Shown here in pieces: positions 31,791-41,871 of a stretch of 64,000 bases of DNA. The stretch lies in NCBI GenBank assembly GCA_964368135.1, contig CAYIZI010000001.1:42926-106925 (forward strand). The letters are read 5' to 3'. How positions within the stretch are numbered: position 1 is the stretch's first letter; each line of letters starts with the position of its first letter. Below the pieces are notes generated by a model that worked only from the letters and a program-made list of their open reading frames with translations, ran no database searches and had not been told where the DNA came from. The DNA comes from an uncultured Candidatus Saccharibacteria bacterium (GTDB lineage: Bacteria > Patescibacteriota > Minisyncoccia > 2-02-FULL-40-12). The position numbers and the translations under genes were made by a program.

Positions 31791-32249
31791 CTACTTAAAC
31801 CAAATTGGTATTTCCAGGGCGTCATCATATTCCGGTAGACCGGAGGGATTGCTTTTTTGTAAAATCAAGTACCCGCGCCGACTAAAATGGTTTTCATCTG
31901 CCCCGGGGAAGGCCGGACTTTCAAATTCCAGCACCGCCTTAAACGGCACATACTCTTCGGTCATCCATTCGTCTTGGGCCTGGGCATAATGCTGGGCGAT
32001 TATCAGACCGTCCCAGTTTGTGAGCACCACCGGAAAAGTGGCTTCAAAAAACCAATAACCCCGCGCCTCGCCTTCTATTATAAGAGGGCTTGAGATGGCT
32101 TGGTTTGGCCTGGGCGTAAAAACTCTGATTAAACCGGGTTTTTCAGCAATGGGTTCTACTTTTTCACCTTCTTTAGAAAAAAAGGAAAACCACGAAGCCA
32201 AGGCAGCCGCAGCGATAATTATTAAAATAACAGGTAATCTCTTAGACAT
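31791..32249 (-). CDS. Secreted Gmad2-like immunoglobulin-fold protein
   Basis: Signal anchor, then the SSPLIIEGEARGYWFFEATFPVVLTNWDGLIIAQHYAQA pattern as I recall for the Gmad2 domain. Confidence 0.45.
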   Translation of the reverse strand: MSKRLPVILIIIAAAALASWFSFFSKEGEKVEPIAEKPGLIRVFTPRPNQAISSPLIIEGEARGYWFFEATFPVVLTNWDGLIIAQHYAQAQDEWMTEEYVPFKAVLEFESPAFPGADENHFSRRGYLILQKSNPSGLPEYDDALEIPIWFK

Positions 32250-32261
32250 TATTTGAAAATA

Positions 32262-33482
32262 CTATAATGCTTCTTCGGTGTAAATATTGGCCGGGTTCCA
32301 GAGCATAAAGCCGCGGTACTGTTCGGCATCTTCTCCGCCAAAAGCATCAATCACCGCCTGAATCTGGGCCTGGACTTTTTCAACGTCATAATCAGCGCCA
32401 AGGTCAAAATCCTGAAGCCAAGGCCGCAAAGAAACACTGGCCTTGCTATTATTTAATCTAACCAAAGCCGCATCCATTGACTTGCGAACCACTTCATAAG
32501 GATATTCGGCCGGTTTTCTCTGTCCTTCGGAGGCGATTCCCGTGCCTTCGGCACGTGAACCTTCGCCTGAACCTGGCGGGTCAAGAAACGACAGCGGGAA
32601 ATGGGACGGATAAAGCATCGGTGAAACAAAATCAAAATAATCATAGGCATCTTCAATCATCTGGCCGACTCCAAAATCATAAAAAGTGTCGGCGGCCAAA
32701 CCGAAAAGGTCTACTGAAAGCGTCGCGTCAGGCATTTGGCGCCGAATCTCTTTGTAAAAATCTTTTATCACTAAACTCATCAGCCGTTTGCCGTCCCAAA
32801 CCGGAAACTTTCGGTCGTCCAAATCGCCATCGGTCGGAAAACGGATGTAGTCAAAATTTATCTCGTCAAAGCCGCGGTCCCAGGTATCGCGGGCAATTTT
32901 AATATTGTAATCCCATGAGACGCTGGCCGCCGGGTCAATCCAAGCCAAACCTTTGTAATCGCGCCAAATATCGTCGGAGGCAGTAGCACTTTCGCTCAAC
33001 TTTATGCTTTTAACCGCCAGCTCTGGCCGAGCCGCAGCTAAAACTGGATCCTGAAACACCGCGAGCCGGGCAATGACATAAATATTTTCATCATGAAGCC
33101 GCTTGATTAAAGCATTGGGTCTCGGGAAAAGATACGTTTTACCGGAAAAATCTTTTATGTCTATGACCACCGCGTTTATTTTCCCGGCCCGGGCCAAATT
33201 TATCACCTCCTGAATCTTGGCTTCTTTGCCGCCTGACCAGCCGGTCAAATAAATTGCTCTCACCACCTTTGGCGGGTCTTCAATTTGCTTTTGCGCTTCA
33301 ATATCCGGAAGAAAAGCGGTTCTTAAAACTGTTGGTAAAGGAGTAGCCGGAGTTGGAGAAACTAAAGATTCGGCCTCGGATAATGAATTTTCCACCTCAA
33401 TCATTCTACCGGGCAGATAAAAGAAAAAAAATCCGACTGCGGCCAGAGCCAAAATTATTAAGATCAGAATCAGAAACTTCAC
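32262..33482 (-). CDS. Putative glycoside-hydrolase-like TIM-barrel protein (DUF4015-like)
   Basis: Signal anchor, VRAIYLTGWSGG, AVVIDIKDFSG, EINFDYIRFP. Carries an in-frame hairpin repeat at 32531-32568. Confidence 0.45.
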   Translation of the reverse strand: MKFLILILIILALAAVGFFFFYLPGRMIEVENSLSEAESLVSPTPATPLPTVLRTAFLPDIEAQKQIEDPPKVVRAIYLTGWSGGKEAKIQEVINLARAGKINAVVIDIKDFSGKTYLFPRPNALIKRLHDENIYVIARLAVFQDPVLAAARPELAVKSIKLSESATASDDIWRDYKGLAWIDPAASVSWDYNIKIARDTWDRGFDEINFDYIRFPTDGDLDDRKFPVWDGKRLMSLVIKDFYKEIRRQMPDATLSVDLFGLAADTFYDFGVGQMIEDAYDYFDFVSPMLYPSHFPLSFLDPPGSGEGSRAEGTGIASEGQRKPAEYPYEVVRKSMDAALVRLNNSKASVSLRPWLQDFDLGADYDVEKVQAQIQAVIDAFGGEDAEQYRGFMLWNPANIYTEEAL

Positions 33483-33523
33483 TCTTTAATTATTATATAG
33501 AGTATTGAAAAAAACCGCCAAAC

Positions 33524-34279
33524 TCATAGAGTATGACCAAAATCAAGCGGATATATTCCGCCCGAAGAACGGACAAAACAAAACCGTATGACGGTATCAA
33601 CAAATTCCTGAACCCCTTCTTTATCACTTATCGGGTATTTGATAATTGAGCCGGCTCGAATCTCCTGCCACTCTTTATCAGTAATATCATCTGGCTTTAG
33701 AACCGGCCCGGGGGCAATTGAATTTATGAAAATACCTCTCGGCCCGAGTTCAACCGCCAAAGCCCGGGTCATGGCCGCGACTGCCGATTTAGTAACCACA
33801 TAGGGCAGATGATCCGCATAGATTTTTCCGATTGAAGTCCGGTCAGCCACGGTAATAATGTGTGAACCGGCTGGCATCAAAGGCAAACTCAACTGAACCG
33901 GCCAGAAAGTGCCTTTAATGTGGGCCGCGAAATTTCCATCCCAGTCCTTGTCTAAAATTTCTTCCAGCTTCACCGGCTTAAACATAGATGCCAGTAAAAT
34001 CAGGATATCCAATTTGCCAAACTTGTTTTTGATTTGCTTAACGGCTGTGACAACACTTTCCCGATCACTTACATCAACCTGAATCAATAAAACTTTTCTT
34101 TTAAATTTTTTGACTTTTTTGGCAGTCTGGTCAGCTTCTTCTTTTGATGACCGATAGCTGATCGCTAAATCCGCACCCAGCTCGGCCAAAGCCGCAGCAA
34201 TTTCCTGGCCAATCCGTTTTCCGCCGGTAATCCAGACAGTCTTGCCTCTTAGAGAGTGTCGTTTTAAAAATTCAGTCAT
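33524..34279 (-). CDS. SDR-family oxidoreductase
   Basis: VWITGGKRIGQEIA (TGxxxGxG variant), YVVTKSAV (YxxxK), NSIAPGPV. Confidence 0.8.
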   Translation of the reverse strand: MTEFLKRHSLRGKTVWITGGKRIGQEIAAALAELGADLAISYRSSKEEADQTAKKVKKFKRKVLLIQVDVSDRESVVTAVKQIKNKFGKLDILILLASMFKPVKLEEILDKDWDGNFAAHIKGTFWPVQLSLPLMPAGSHIITVADRTSIGKIYADHLPYVVTKSAVAAMTRALAVELGPRGIFINSIAPGPVLKPDDITDKEWQEIRAGSIIKYPISDKEGVQEFVDTVIRFCFVRSSGGIYPLDFGHTL

Positions 34280-34328
34280 AACTATATCCTACCAGATTTT
34301 TGAACTAAAATATGCAGGCTAAAAACGA

Positions 34329-35579
34329 TTAGTGTCTAAAACTGAAAATCATCTTAATAAATGAAAGTAAGTAATAGACAAAATTTCCCCCTTGTTTAAC
34401 AAGAGTTATCTCAACTTGCTGGTTTTGAGTCGCTACGTTTAAAACCTCGTCCAAGTAGCCTTCAGCAGAAACGTTTAACTGAAGGAGGCTGTCATTTTTC
34501 AGATAAGGAAGCTCAAAATAACCGTTGCTTCTGGTTGTCGCGGACCTGTAATTATTTTTAACAATGGCTCCGGCAATGGGCCTATCCAGCCTATCTTTAA
34601 CAAAACCGGAAATAAGTAAAGGTTTATAAAAAGACTTTATGACTTCAACTGCCGGGGCAGGCATTCCTTTTTCATTCCACAACTGGGTTGAACCTCCGAT
34701 ATTAGTCCAATAGTTTATGCCTTTTAATTCTTCAATTTTTACTAACTCTTCCAGGGCGCTTTCTATCCAAGCCGCCTGGCCAGCTTTAGAAAGCCGGCCG
34801 TGGATATCCGGAATCGGAGCCCCGAACTCGCCCAAAACAACTTCTCCTCCGCTTATCTTGGCAAAATTTTTGATATCGCTGACGAGTTTCTCCACGGTTC
34901 TTACATAGTGGTCAATAGTAACTGCGCCGCCAAGGTTTTCAGTCGTGCTTTTATTCATAACCAACCTGGCAACATCTCCGTTCATTGAAAAATAGCTGGC
35001 TTTGACATCCTTATCTATTTTTTCAAAGGCGGCTTGGACTTTGTTGTACTCGTTGATCAAAAACTGCCTGTGGCCTGAAACATCGCCGTTATGCCTTGGG
35101 TCGCCCGGCCCGCCGTTCTCGCATTCAGGACAAGCGGTAAATATGTCGCCGTCTTCAAATAAGTTTTCGTTGTTCAATATAAACTTTTCGGTCAAAGCAA
35201 TATGGTTAGCCCTTGATATAATAGGATAATCAAACCAACCTTCCCAGCCTGACCAGTTACCCCTGAACCAAACATTAAGGTTATATTTTCTCGCCGCCGC
35301 CACCCACCGCCTAAGCATCGGCAGAAACTCCGCGTCATAAGGCGTGCCGACGGCCACATGGGTGGCGCCGGTGCCAGCGATAGCTTTTATTTGTTGGTCT
35401 ATTACCGCGTCAAAAGAACGGACATTAAGTTTTTCTCTGGCCAAATCTCTTGAATACTTCATTGTGTCTATGGATTGGACTTCCCAGAAAGTTGTCCTGC
35501 TCTCTTCCTGCGCATTTGAAATAGAAAAAACCGTAAATAGATAGATGATAAAAACAAAAATAAACGATTTGATTTTCAT
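34329..35579 (-). CDS. Secreted protein, TIM-barrel glycosidase-like core plus C-terminal CarboxypepD_reg-like beta-sandwich
   Basis: Signal peptide. C-terminal ISGFVKDRLDRPIAGAIVKNNYRSATTRSNGYFEL is typical of the carboxypeptidase-regulatory fold. The core family is not identified. Confidence 0.4.
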   Translation of the reverse strand: MKIKSFIFVFIIYLFTVFSISNAQEESRTTFWEVQSIDTMKYSRDLAREKLNVRSFDAVIDQQIKAIAGTGATHVAVGTPYDAEFLPMLRRWVAAARKYNLNVWFRGNWSGWEGWFDYPIISRANHIALTEKFILNNENLFEDGDIFTACPECENGGPGDPRHNGDVSGHRQFLINEYNKVQAAFEKIDKDVKASYFSMNGDVARLVMNKSTTENLGGAVTIDHYVRTVEKLVSDIKNFAKISGGEVVLGEFGAPIPDIHGRLSKAGQAAWIESALEELVKIEELKGINYWTNIGGSTQLWNEKGMPAPAVEVIKSFYKPLLISGFVKDRLDRPIAGAIVKNNYRSATTRSNGYFELPYLKNDSLLQLNVSAEGYLDEVLNVATQNQQVEITLVKQGGNFVYYLLSFIKMIFSFRH

Positions 35580-35580
35580 A

Positions 35581-37206
35581 TTAATCTTGGTTTTCCAAAA
35601 TTGGCTCGGTATTCAAAATATCCAAATACTCATCCCTTAATTGGTAAATATCGGCAAACGGATAAGAATCAACTAAATCGTATCTTTCAAATCCGGGCGT
35701 TCTTGAAACAAAACTCCATACCGAATCATTATCATCATGAGTCCGCATCACTATCCATCTTGCCCAATGGTCAGGCAGAGTTGTCGCCTCTTTCCAATAA
35801 TCGCCTGTTCCTTCATGGATGAATTTTTTCATCGGCATGCCGGACGAGAATATGATGGCGTCATGCGAAGCGGCGGATATTAATACAAATCCATCTTTAC
35901 CAGCGGCGTTTTGAGCCAGCCAGCCGCTTACTTCGGCGACGTTCTTCTGGCTTGAACCGACTCTGGCATCATCTATAGTAACCGCATCACCGCTTGAAAA
36001 CTGGAAAAAGAGAACAAAAAGAATCAATCCGATGATGACCGGCCTTAATTTTGAAACATAATGAATAAGATATCCGACAAATATCGCGATTGTCGGCATC
36101 AGCATTACTCCGTATCGGGCGTTAAACCAGGTGTCTCCTGATAAACCCTGAATAAATAATACCGAATGGCCAAGATAAAGAGCTAATATATTGAAGAAAA
36201 GGGGGGCCAACAAAACAAAAGTGGCAAAACGCACGCCTCGTCTTATATTCCCTGAAAACCAAAGAGCGACCGCCCCAACAAGACCCATAAGCGCTAAAAA
36301 CGCATTGGAATTATATGCCAAAGCGTAGAAATAGACTTTTAATGAAAAAAACCAATCCCCTTTTGTTGAAAGAACTCCGGCCGCTTCAAGCTGGGTCTGC
36401 TGGGTTCTGGCCGAATAAGGCCCGAAGGCAAAGTAAAGAGGATCGCCGAATATCAAAAGATTCCATAAAAACCACAATACTATGCCAAGCCCGGCCAGAG
36501 TAATGAATAAAATAAGCTTGCCCTCGGCCTGCTTATAGCCGTTTTTCTTCCATACGTAAAAAACAATCATCATTGAGGCTAAAACTAAAAGGAGCCAGCC
36601 GTCATACCTGACCAAGGTTGAAAGCATTATCCAAAAAGCTGACTTGACCAAGTCTACAACCTTGTCATCTTTGAACCACAGCATCAGATAATACGCACCC
36701 GCGGTCATAGCGGCGACAAGCGTTAATTCAGTCATGGCCGTTGACTGAAGATAAAGAACATTCAAATTTGAAGCAAATATCCCCACCCCGATTAATCTGC
36801 CGGTCATTTTAACTCCTATTTTTTCTAAGAACTTATAGATTATCAACCCGGTCAAAACAAAACCAAACATTGACCAGATCGTGCCGGCTAAGCCGGAATG
36901 CCACATAAAATCATTCCAGATTGTCAGGACCATAAGAAGGTGGGTAAGCGGCAGCCAGACGCTTCCCAACTGGGCAAACCCCGGCTTTAATCCCTCAACG
37001 ACCCGGCGGCCAATATCCAAGTGAGAACGGGCATCGTTATAAGCCAAGCTAAGCCCGTTCTGGAAATAAAACATGAAACTTAACACCGAGATAACTGATA
37101 GTATCGCCGCCACAATGGCAAAACCGTTTCTTTCAAAGAAAACTCCGACTCTATTTAGAGCATCGCTGCTTATATTGATTTTAATTACGCCCTTACTTTT
37201 GTTCAT
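35581..37206 (-). CDS. Polytopic GT-C-type glycosyltransferase-like membrane protein (ArnT/PMT-like)
   Basis: 541 aa, more than 10 TM helices, early loop YNDARSHLDIGRRV, and a soluble C-terminal domain. Confidence 0.45.
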   Translation of the reverse strand: MNKSKGVIKINISSDALNRVGVFFERNGFAIVAAILSVISVLSFMFYFQNGLSLAYNDARSHLDIGRRVVEGLKPGFAQLGSVWLPLTHLLMVLTIWNDFMWHSGLAGTIWSMFGFVLTGLIIYKFLEKIGVKMTGRLIGVGIFASNLNVLYLQSTAMTELTLVAAMTAGAYYLMLWFKDDKVVDLVKSAFWIMLSTLVRYDGWLLLVLASMMIVFYVWKKNGYKQAEGKLILFITLAGLGIVLWFLWNLLIFGDPLYFAFGPYSARTQQTQLEAAGVLSTKGDWFFSLKVYFYALAYNSNAFLALMGLVGAVALWFSGNIRRGVRFATFVLLAPLFFNILALYLGHSVLFIQGLSGDTWFNARYGVMLMPTIAIFVGYLIHYVSKLRPVIIGLILFVLFFQFSSGDAVTIDDARVGSSQKNVAEVSGWLAQNAAGKDGFVLISAASHDAIIFSSGMPMKKFIHEGTGDYWKEATTLPDHWARWIVMRTHDDNDSVWSFVSRTPGFERYDLVDSYPFADIYQLRDEYLDILNTEPILENQD

Positions 37207-38764
37207 TTTTTAAGAAAAATAAACTAACCATTAATGATAAAGTCACGGCTATTACTAAAGCTGTCATCATCTGATGATACTCTTGAGCGGTTAGGTATTG
37301 GCTGGCATATCTTTGGAATATAAACGACTTGGATTTATTCTTTTTCAATAAATCAAAATTTCTCTCATAAGTGAACTTTTCTTCTTTTCCTGACACCTCT
37401 TCAAGAGAAAGGACCTGCGCTTGCGGAGGATTAGTATCAGAAGTTATTGCTCCAAGAACATTAACCCAAACTGAATAGCTTACTAAAACAATAAATATTA
37501 TGCCGAATAAATAATTTTTCCTGAATTTAGTAAGAGCGAGTGAAAGGCCTATCCCTCCCAAGGCATAAGACGGAATCAGATATCTTGAACCAAATGCCCA
37601 CCCACCCCAAGGATCTCCCCAAAGAGAATAAAGAATTATATTAAATCCAATAGTTGCCAAAATTAAATTAGCGGCGGATCTATTTAACTTATACAAATAA
37701 GCAAAGCCCAAAATGCTTAAAAGAATAACCGGCGTGAACCAGACAATTCCCCTATCCGGACTTATGAAGTGGATATAAAATCCGTTAAGTAAATTCCTGG
37801 TTTTGAAAAATCCGACTGCTGTTTTCTCTTTATGGTAAGTTTTCTGTAGATTTAATAACTTGCTTATTTCTGATTGGGTTGGTAAACCTTTTTCATCTAT
37901 GGCCTCGACTGATTGAAGCGTACCGGGCAACTGGAATGGGTTGCCGGTAGAAGCCTGGTTAAACCATAGAAATAAAACGATGGGGGGGATAACGGCAAGT
38001 AGGGTTAAAAACCCGAGTATGTTGAAATTAATCTTTAATTTGAATTTTTCTTTTTCAATCCAGATTATTCTGGCCAAGGCAAAAACTCCAAGCGGAATCA
38101 TAAAAAATATGTTCGGGTTGTCCACCACGACCGAAAAGGCGATTAAAAACCATATCAAAGCCACTGACCAAAGATTATTCCAGCGGATAAGCGCATAAAT
38201 ACCCAATAGAATCAAAAAAGTTGATATATGATGCTGGTATAAAGTGGCGGCATAAGCAAAAGCCGGCGAAGCAAAAGCAAAAACAAGAGCCCCGATACTG
38301 GCCGCCAAAGGATTAGACCCTAACCTTATCGCTATCAACCTCACAAAGATTATATTCAAAAGAGCGAATAAAGCTGCGGTTGAAAATGCTCCCACTTGTG
38401 ATAATCCAAACTCTCTTCCTATCACGTAACCAGGTATAGCCAAAAAAGAAACACCCGGATTAAAAAGAGAAACATAACCGCCATTAACATAAGCAACATC
38501 TGGGGTAGTGAATTTGGCTAATGGCACTGAAAACTGAAAAGACTTATCCTCAACTAAAGAATAAGTCAAAGCAAATCTGCCCCTTTCCGGAGATAATTCA
38601 AAAGGCGCGCTTTCTGTAGGTTCATTAGGCTTCCACTGAGAAGTATTTAAGGCATCTTTGTTTGGATTTCCGGGAATGCCGCGCAAACCAAGAATTAAGA
38701 TAGCGGCGCAAAATAGTATAAACAATATGGCCGGAATTAATTGTAATATTTTAATTTTATCCAT
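37193..38764 (-). CDS. Polytopic GT-C-type glycosyltransferase-like membrane protein (ArnT/PMT-like)
   Basis: 523 aa, more than 10 TM helices, first loop FELSPERGRFALTYSLVEDKSF. Overlaps both neighbouring genes. Confidence 0.45.
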   Translation of the reverse strand: MDKIKILQLIPAILFILFCAAILILGLRGIPGNPNKDALNTSQWKPNEPTESAPFELSPERGRFALTYSLVEDKSFQFSVPLAKFTTPDVAYVNGGYVSLFNPGVSFLAIPGYVIGREFGLSQVGAFSTAALFALLNIIFVRLIAIRLGSNPLAASIGALVFAFASPAFAYAATLYQHHISTFLILLGIYALIRWNNLWSVALIWFLIAFSVVVDNPNIFFMIPLGVFALARIIWIEKEKFKLKINFNILGFLTLLAVIPPIVLFLWFNQASTGNPFQLPGTLQSVEAIDEKGLPTQSEISKLLNLQKTYHKEKTAVGFFKTRNLLNGFYIHFISPDRGIVWFTPVILLSILGFAYLYKLNRSAANLILATIGFNIILYSLWGDPWGGWAFGSRYLIPSYALGGIGLSLALTKFRKNYLFGIIFIVLVSYSVWVNVLGAITSDTNPPQAQVLSLEEVSGKEEKFTYERNFDLLKKNKSKSFIFQRYASQYLTAQEYHQMMTALVIAVTLSLMVSLFFLKNEQK

Positions 38765-40010
38765 TATATTGGTGATTTATCCTGCTATACGACTGAATAC
38801 CTATATCCTTTGAACTATTAGGGTTTTTGACTATCTGTTTATATAAACTATTCATACTATCGGCAACTTCCCTCCAAGAATTTCCAAGACTAAAGTTCAC
38901 GCAGTTTTTTTGCATATCTTTTATAAATTTGGAGCCATTATTTTTAAGGACAAAATCTATTTTCTTAGCTAAGGCTTTGTGATCACGAATCCCGATGCAG
39001 TATCCGTTTATTCCATTCTTAATCAAATATGTCAGGGCTTCATTATTAGAAACAATACATATTAAACCTTGACTTAAACCTTCATTTATAACATTTGGAT
39101 AAGCTTCTTTAATAGACATCAGAATCATCATCCCGGCCTTTTTAATTATATAGTACTTATCTATGCCTTTTATCAGCCCAGTAAATACCACTCTGTCTTG
39201 TAAACCTAATTTTTCTATAAGCTCCTGGAGGTATTTTTTATAAGAATTATCATCTTCTGGCCCTACAATCACAAACTTAAGATTTTTAGGCAGTATGGCC
39301 AGGGCTTTAATAGCGGTTTCGTAATTTTTAATTGGGTGGATCCTGCCTACCTGAATTATGTAATTACCTAATCCCTCAACTATTTTCTTTATTTCGGGAC
39401 TGGCCTTAGTTTCAACATCTTCAAAGGCCTCGCTTTCAATCCCGTTCTCAATAACCACAACAAGTTCTGGTTTTACTCCTTTTTCAATTATTTCAGATTT
39501 TTCTAATTCAGAAACAGCCCTGACCGCATCAACAACAAGATTTATAAAAAGTATTCCCGCTGTATAATGGTAGACTATTTTTATTATCTTCTGGATGGGA
39601 TTGAATATGGACCAGTCTGGAGTAAAGCCGCCGTGAGGAGTTAAAACCAAAGCAAAATTCTTTTTGCCTAAGATTTTTAGGAACAAAGCTTTAAACAAAA
39701 TGTGGAAGTGCGGAAAGATATTAAAATTGTGAAGGCAAACAAGGTTTGTATTTTTCCAGTTTATACTTGGCAAATAGCCATACCATTTAAAAGGATATCT
39801 TCTAATCTTGATGCTTCTAACTTCGTCTGTGTTAGGCAGATAATTTTTATTCGTAAACGTGTCTTTAGAAGTGTGGATAGTAACATCCCATCCTTTTTCG
39901 GCAAGAACGCTGTAAGTCTCCAAAATATTTGTCTCGGCGCCGGCTACAACCGGATAGAAGTACTTTTGTACTATATCAATATGACCAAGTTTTTCTGATT
40001 TTATATTCAT
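38757..40010 (-). CDS. Glycosyltransferase family 4 (GT-B)
   Basis: N-terminal YFYPVVAGAETNI. The C-terminal half with the E...E region (KEAYPNVINEGLSQGLICIV) fits GT4. Confidence 0.65.
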   Translation of the reverse strand: MNIKSEKLGHIDIVQKYFYPVVAGAETNILETYSVLAEKGWDVTIHTSKDTFTNKNYLPNTDEVRSIKIRRYPFKWYGYLPSINWKNTNLVCLHNFNIFPHFHILFKALFLKILGKKNFALVLTPHGGFTPDWSIFNPIQKIIKIVYHYTAGILFINLVVDAVRAVSELEKSEIIEKGVKPELVVVIENGIESEAFEDVETKASPEIKKIVEGLGNYIIQVGRIHPIKNYETAIKALAILPKNLKFVIVGPEDDNSYKKYLQELIEKLGLQDRVVFTGLIKGIDKYYIIKKAGMMILMSIKEAYPNVINEGLSQGLICIVSNNEALTYLIKNGINGYCIGIRDHKALAKKIDFVLKNNGSKFIKDMQKNCVNFSLGNSWREVADSMNSLYKQIVKNPNSSKDIGIQSYSRINHQYNG

Positions 40011-40019
40011 GATAATTTT

Positions 40020-40961
40020 TTATTCAGTTTGTTTATAAATTAATGTTTTGGATGACCTGTGAGGCATAAATAGAGGATCAAATTTTGAAACTTTTAATGT
40101 CGTAATCCTATTGATACATACCTCCAATAAATACAAGACGATCAAAACAGGATTCCTGAAAAAGCTTGATAAAACAGACTTAACGACCAACCCGAACGGC
40201 GGGCTATATTCCTTTTTAATCCAGGCTGGTTCAAAATACTTACAAAATGATCTTCGGCCGCTTATGAATTTAGTGCACTGCTTTTTCCTATCTTTGAAAT
40301 TGGTAACATTCCTAAAATAAAATCTTGCGCGATGTTGTTTAACCATTTTTAAATTCAACTGTTTTAACCTGAAATAAGTGTAAACGTCTTCTGGAAGGTC
40401 TAATGGCCATGTGAGATTTTGGGTAAAGTTCCTTGATAAAATTTTGGCTGAATTGCAACAATAAATATTATCGCCTCCTCGCCACTCACTGAACATCTTA
40501 CTTTTCATACGACTACCTTGAGTCATTACCTTTTCAAATAAACCAACGGGTTTAACCGGCTCTGCATTGCCGACTGCAATGCCCAGATTTTTAATACTTG
40601 ATTTCTTAAATGGATGCACCAACTCATCAATAACTCCTGTGTCGGCGGGCAAGGCGTCGCCTTCCACTATCATTAATAAGTCGCCGGAATATTTTTTAAG
40701 CATCAAGTTCTGCATAGCTTGCTGGCCTGATCTTTTTTTAAAGATAAACATTTTAATTATCTTAAATCTATTTGCCAAAGATTTAACAATATCTACAGAA
40801 TTATCTGTGGTGCCATCAAAGAAAACCATAATTTCTTTAAGCATATAATTATCCTGTTCCTGTTTAACCAGCCTCAAAATAAGCTCTTTAATATTGGCTT
40901 CCTCGTTGTAAACCGGAATGCCTATAGAAACCGTCAATTTTCTTGTTTTTTTCTGGTTCAT
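40020..40961 (-). CDS. Glycosyltransferase family 2
   Basis: VSIGIPVYNEEANI start, DGTTDNS, VEGDALP (DxD-like). Confidence 0.7.
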   Translation of the reverse strand: MNQKKTRKLTVSIGIPVYNEEANIKELILRLVKQEQDNYMLKEIMVFFDGTTDNSVDIVKSLANRFKIIKMFIFKKRSGQQAMQNLMLKKYSGDLLMIVEGDALPADTGVIDELVHPFKKSSIKNLGIAVGNAEPVKPVGLFEKVMTQGSRMKSKMFSEWRGGDNIYCCNSAKILSRNFTQNLTWPLDLPEDVYTYFRLKQLNLKMVKQHRARFYFRNVTNFKDRKKQCTKFISGRRSFCKYFEPAWIKKEYSPPFGLVVKSVLSSFFRNPVLIVLYLLEVCINRITTLKVSKFDPLFMPHRSSKTLIYKQTE

Positions 40962-40962
40962 T

Positions 40963-41871
40963 TTATTTATTTATTTGCTTAGTCGACGCATCAACATCCC
41001 AAACAGGATCAATAACTTTCTTTTCCGGTTGTTTATTTAATCTGGTATAAATAAACACACCCATATAAGAAACCAAAGATATAGGATGCCTAATAAATTC
41101 CTCTAAAAAGCTTAAAACTAATGCCTTGATTGGGATTTTATATTCGGCTGCTACTTGCTGACCAAAATAAGACACCATTTCTTTTAGAGCATATTGGTAG
41201 CGGCTGCTTGGACCCACCTGGTCGCTAATTTTTTGGGGACAGCGGATTTTAACAATAGCTTTGTCTGCTAAGGCAAACCTTCCGCCTAATCTCCTGTTTT
41301 CCAAGTACATATACATATCGCCGGTTACAATATTTTCGCGAAGATTAAACCTTTTAAAATGCTCGGTTCTAAATGCAAGACAACGACCGCTGGCCAATAG
41401 ATGGTTGCTCTTGCCTTTTAATTTTAAGACCATGTGGTCAATAACCCTGACCATACTTGCCATTGCCGACTCAAAAAAAGTTTCAGGCGGCAAAGGCAAA
41501 ACTCTTGCCCCAACCATGGTTGCTTCTGGATTACTCTGAAAAACAGACAGTATTTCTTTTAAAGTCCCGGGTTCAAAGGTTATATCGTCTTGAGTGGAAA
41601 CATAAATATCGCTATTGCATACATCAACCGTCTGCTTAATTTTTTTAAGCTGGCTCCCCTCTTTTTCATTCCAAATCAATTCAACTCCCAATTTGGAAAG
41701 CTCGGATTTAATTTCAGGCGATATCGGCGTGCGGTCAGCGCAAATTATAAATCTGAAGTTGCCCACTCCTTTTGAATTTCTAAGACCTTTGGCGGTGTCC
41801 GAAAGAGATTCGCCTCCGTAGCAAGTGGGTATAGCGACGGTTAATGTCAATTGTTTTTCTTTGTTATCCAT
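40963..41871 (-). CDS. Glycosyltransferase, GT-A fold (GT2-like)
   Basis: LTVAIPTCYGGESL start and a QDDITF acidic motif. Weaker match than the neighbouring GT2. Confidence 0.5.
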   Translation of the reverse strand: MDNKEKQLTLTVAIPTCYGGESLSDTAKGLRNSKGVGNFRFIICADRTPISPEIKSELSKLGVELIWNEKEGSQLKKIKQTVDVCNSDIYVSTQDDITFEPGTLKEILSVFQSNPEATMVGARVLPLPPETFFESAMASMVRVIDHMVLKLKGKSNHLLASGRCLAFRTEHFKRFNLRENIVTGDMYMYLENRRLGGRFALADKAIVKIRCPQKISDQVGPSSRYQYALKEMVSYFGQQVAAEYKIPIKALVLSFLEEFIRHPISLVSYMGVFIYTRLNKQPEKKVIDPVWDVDASTKQINK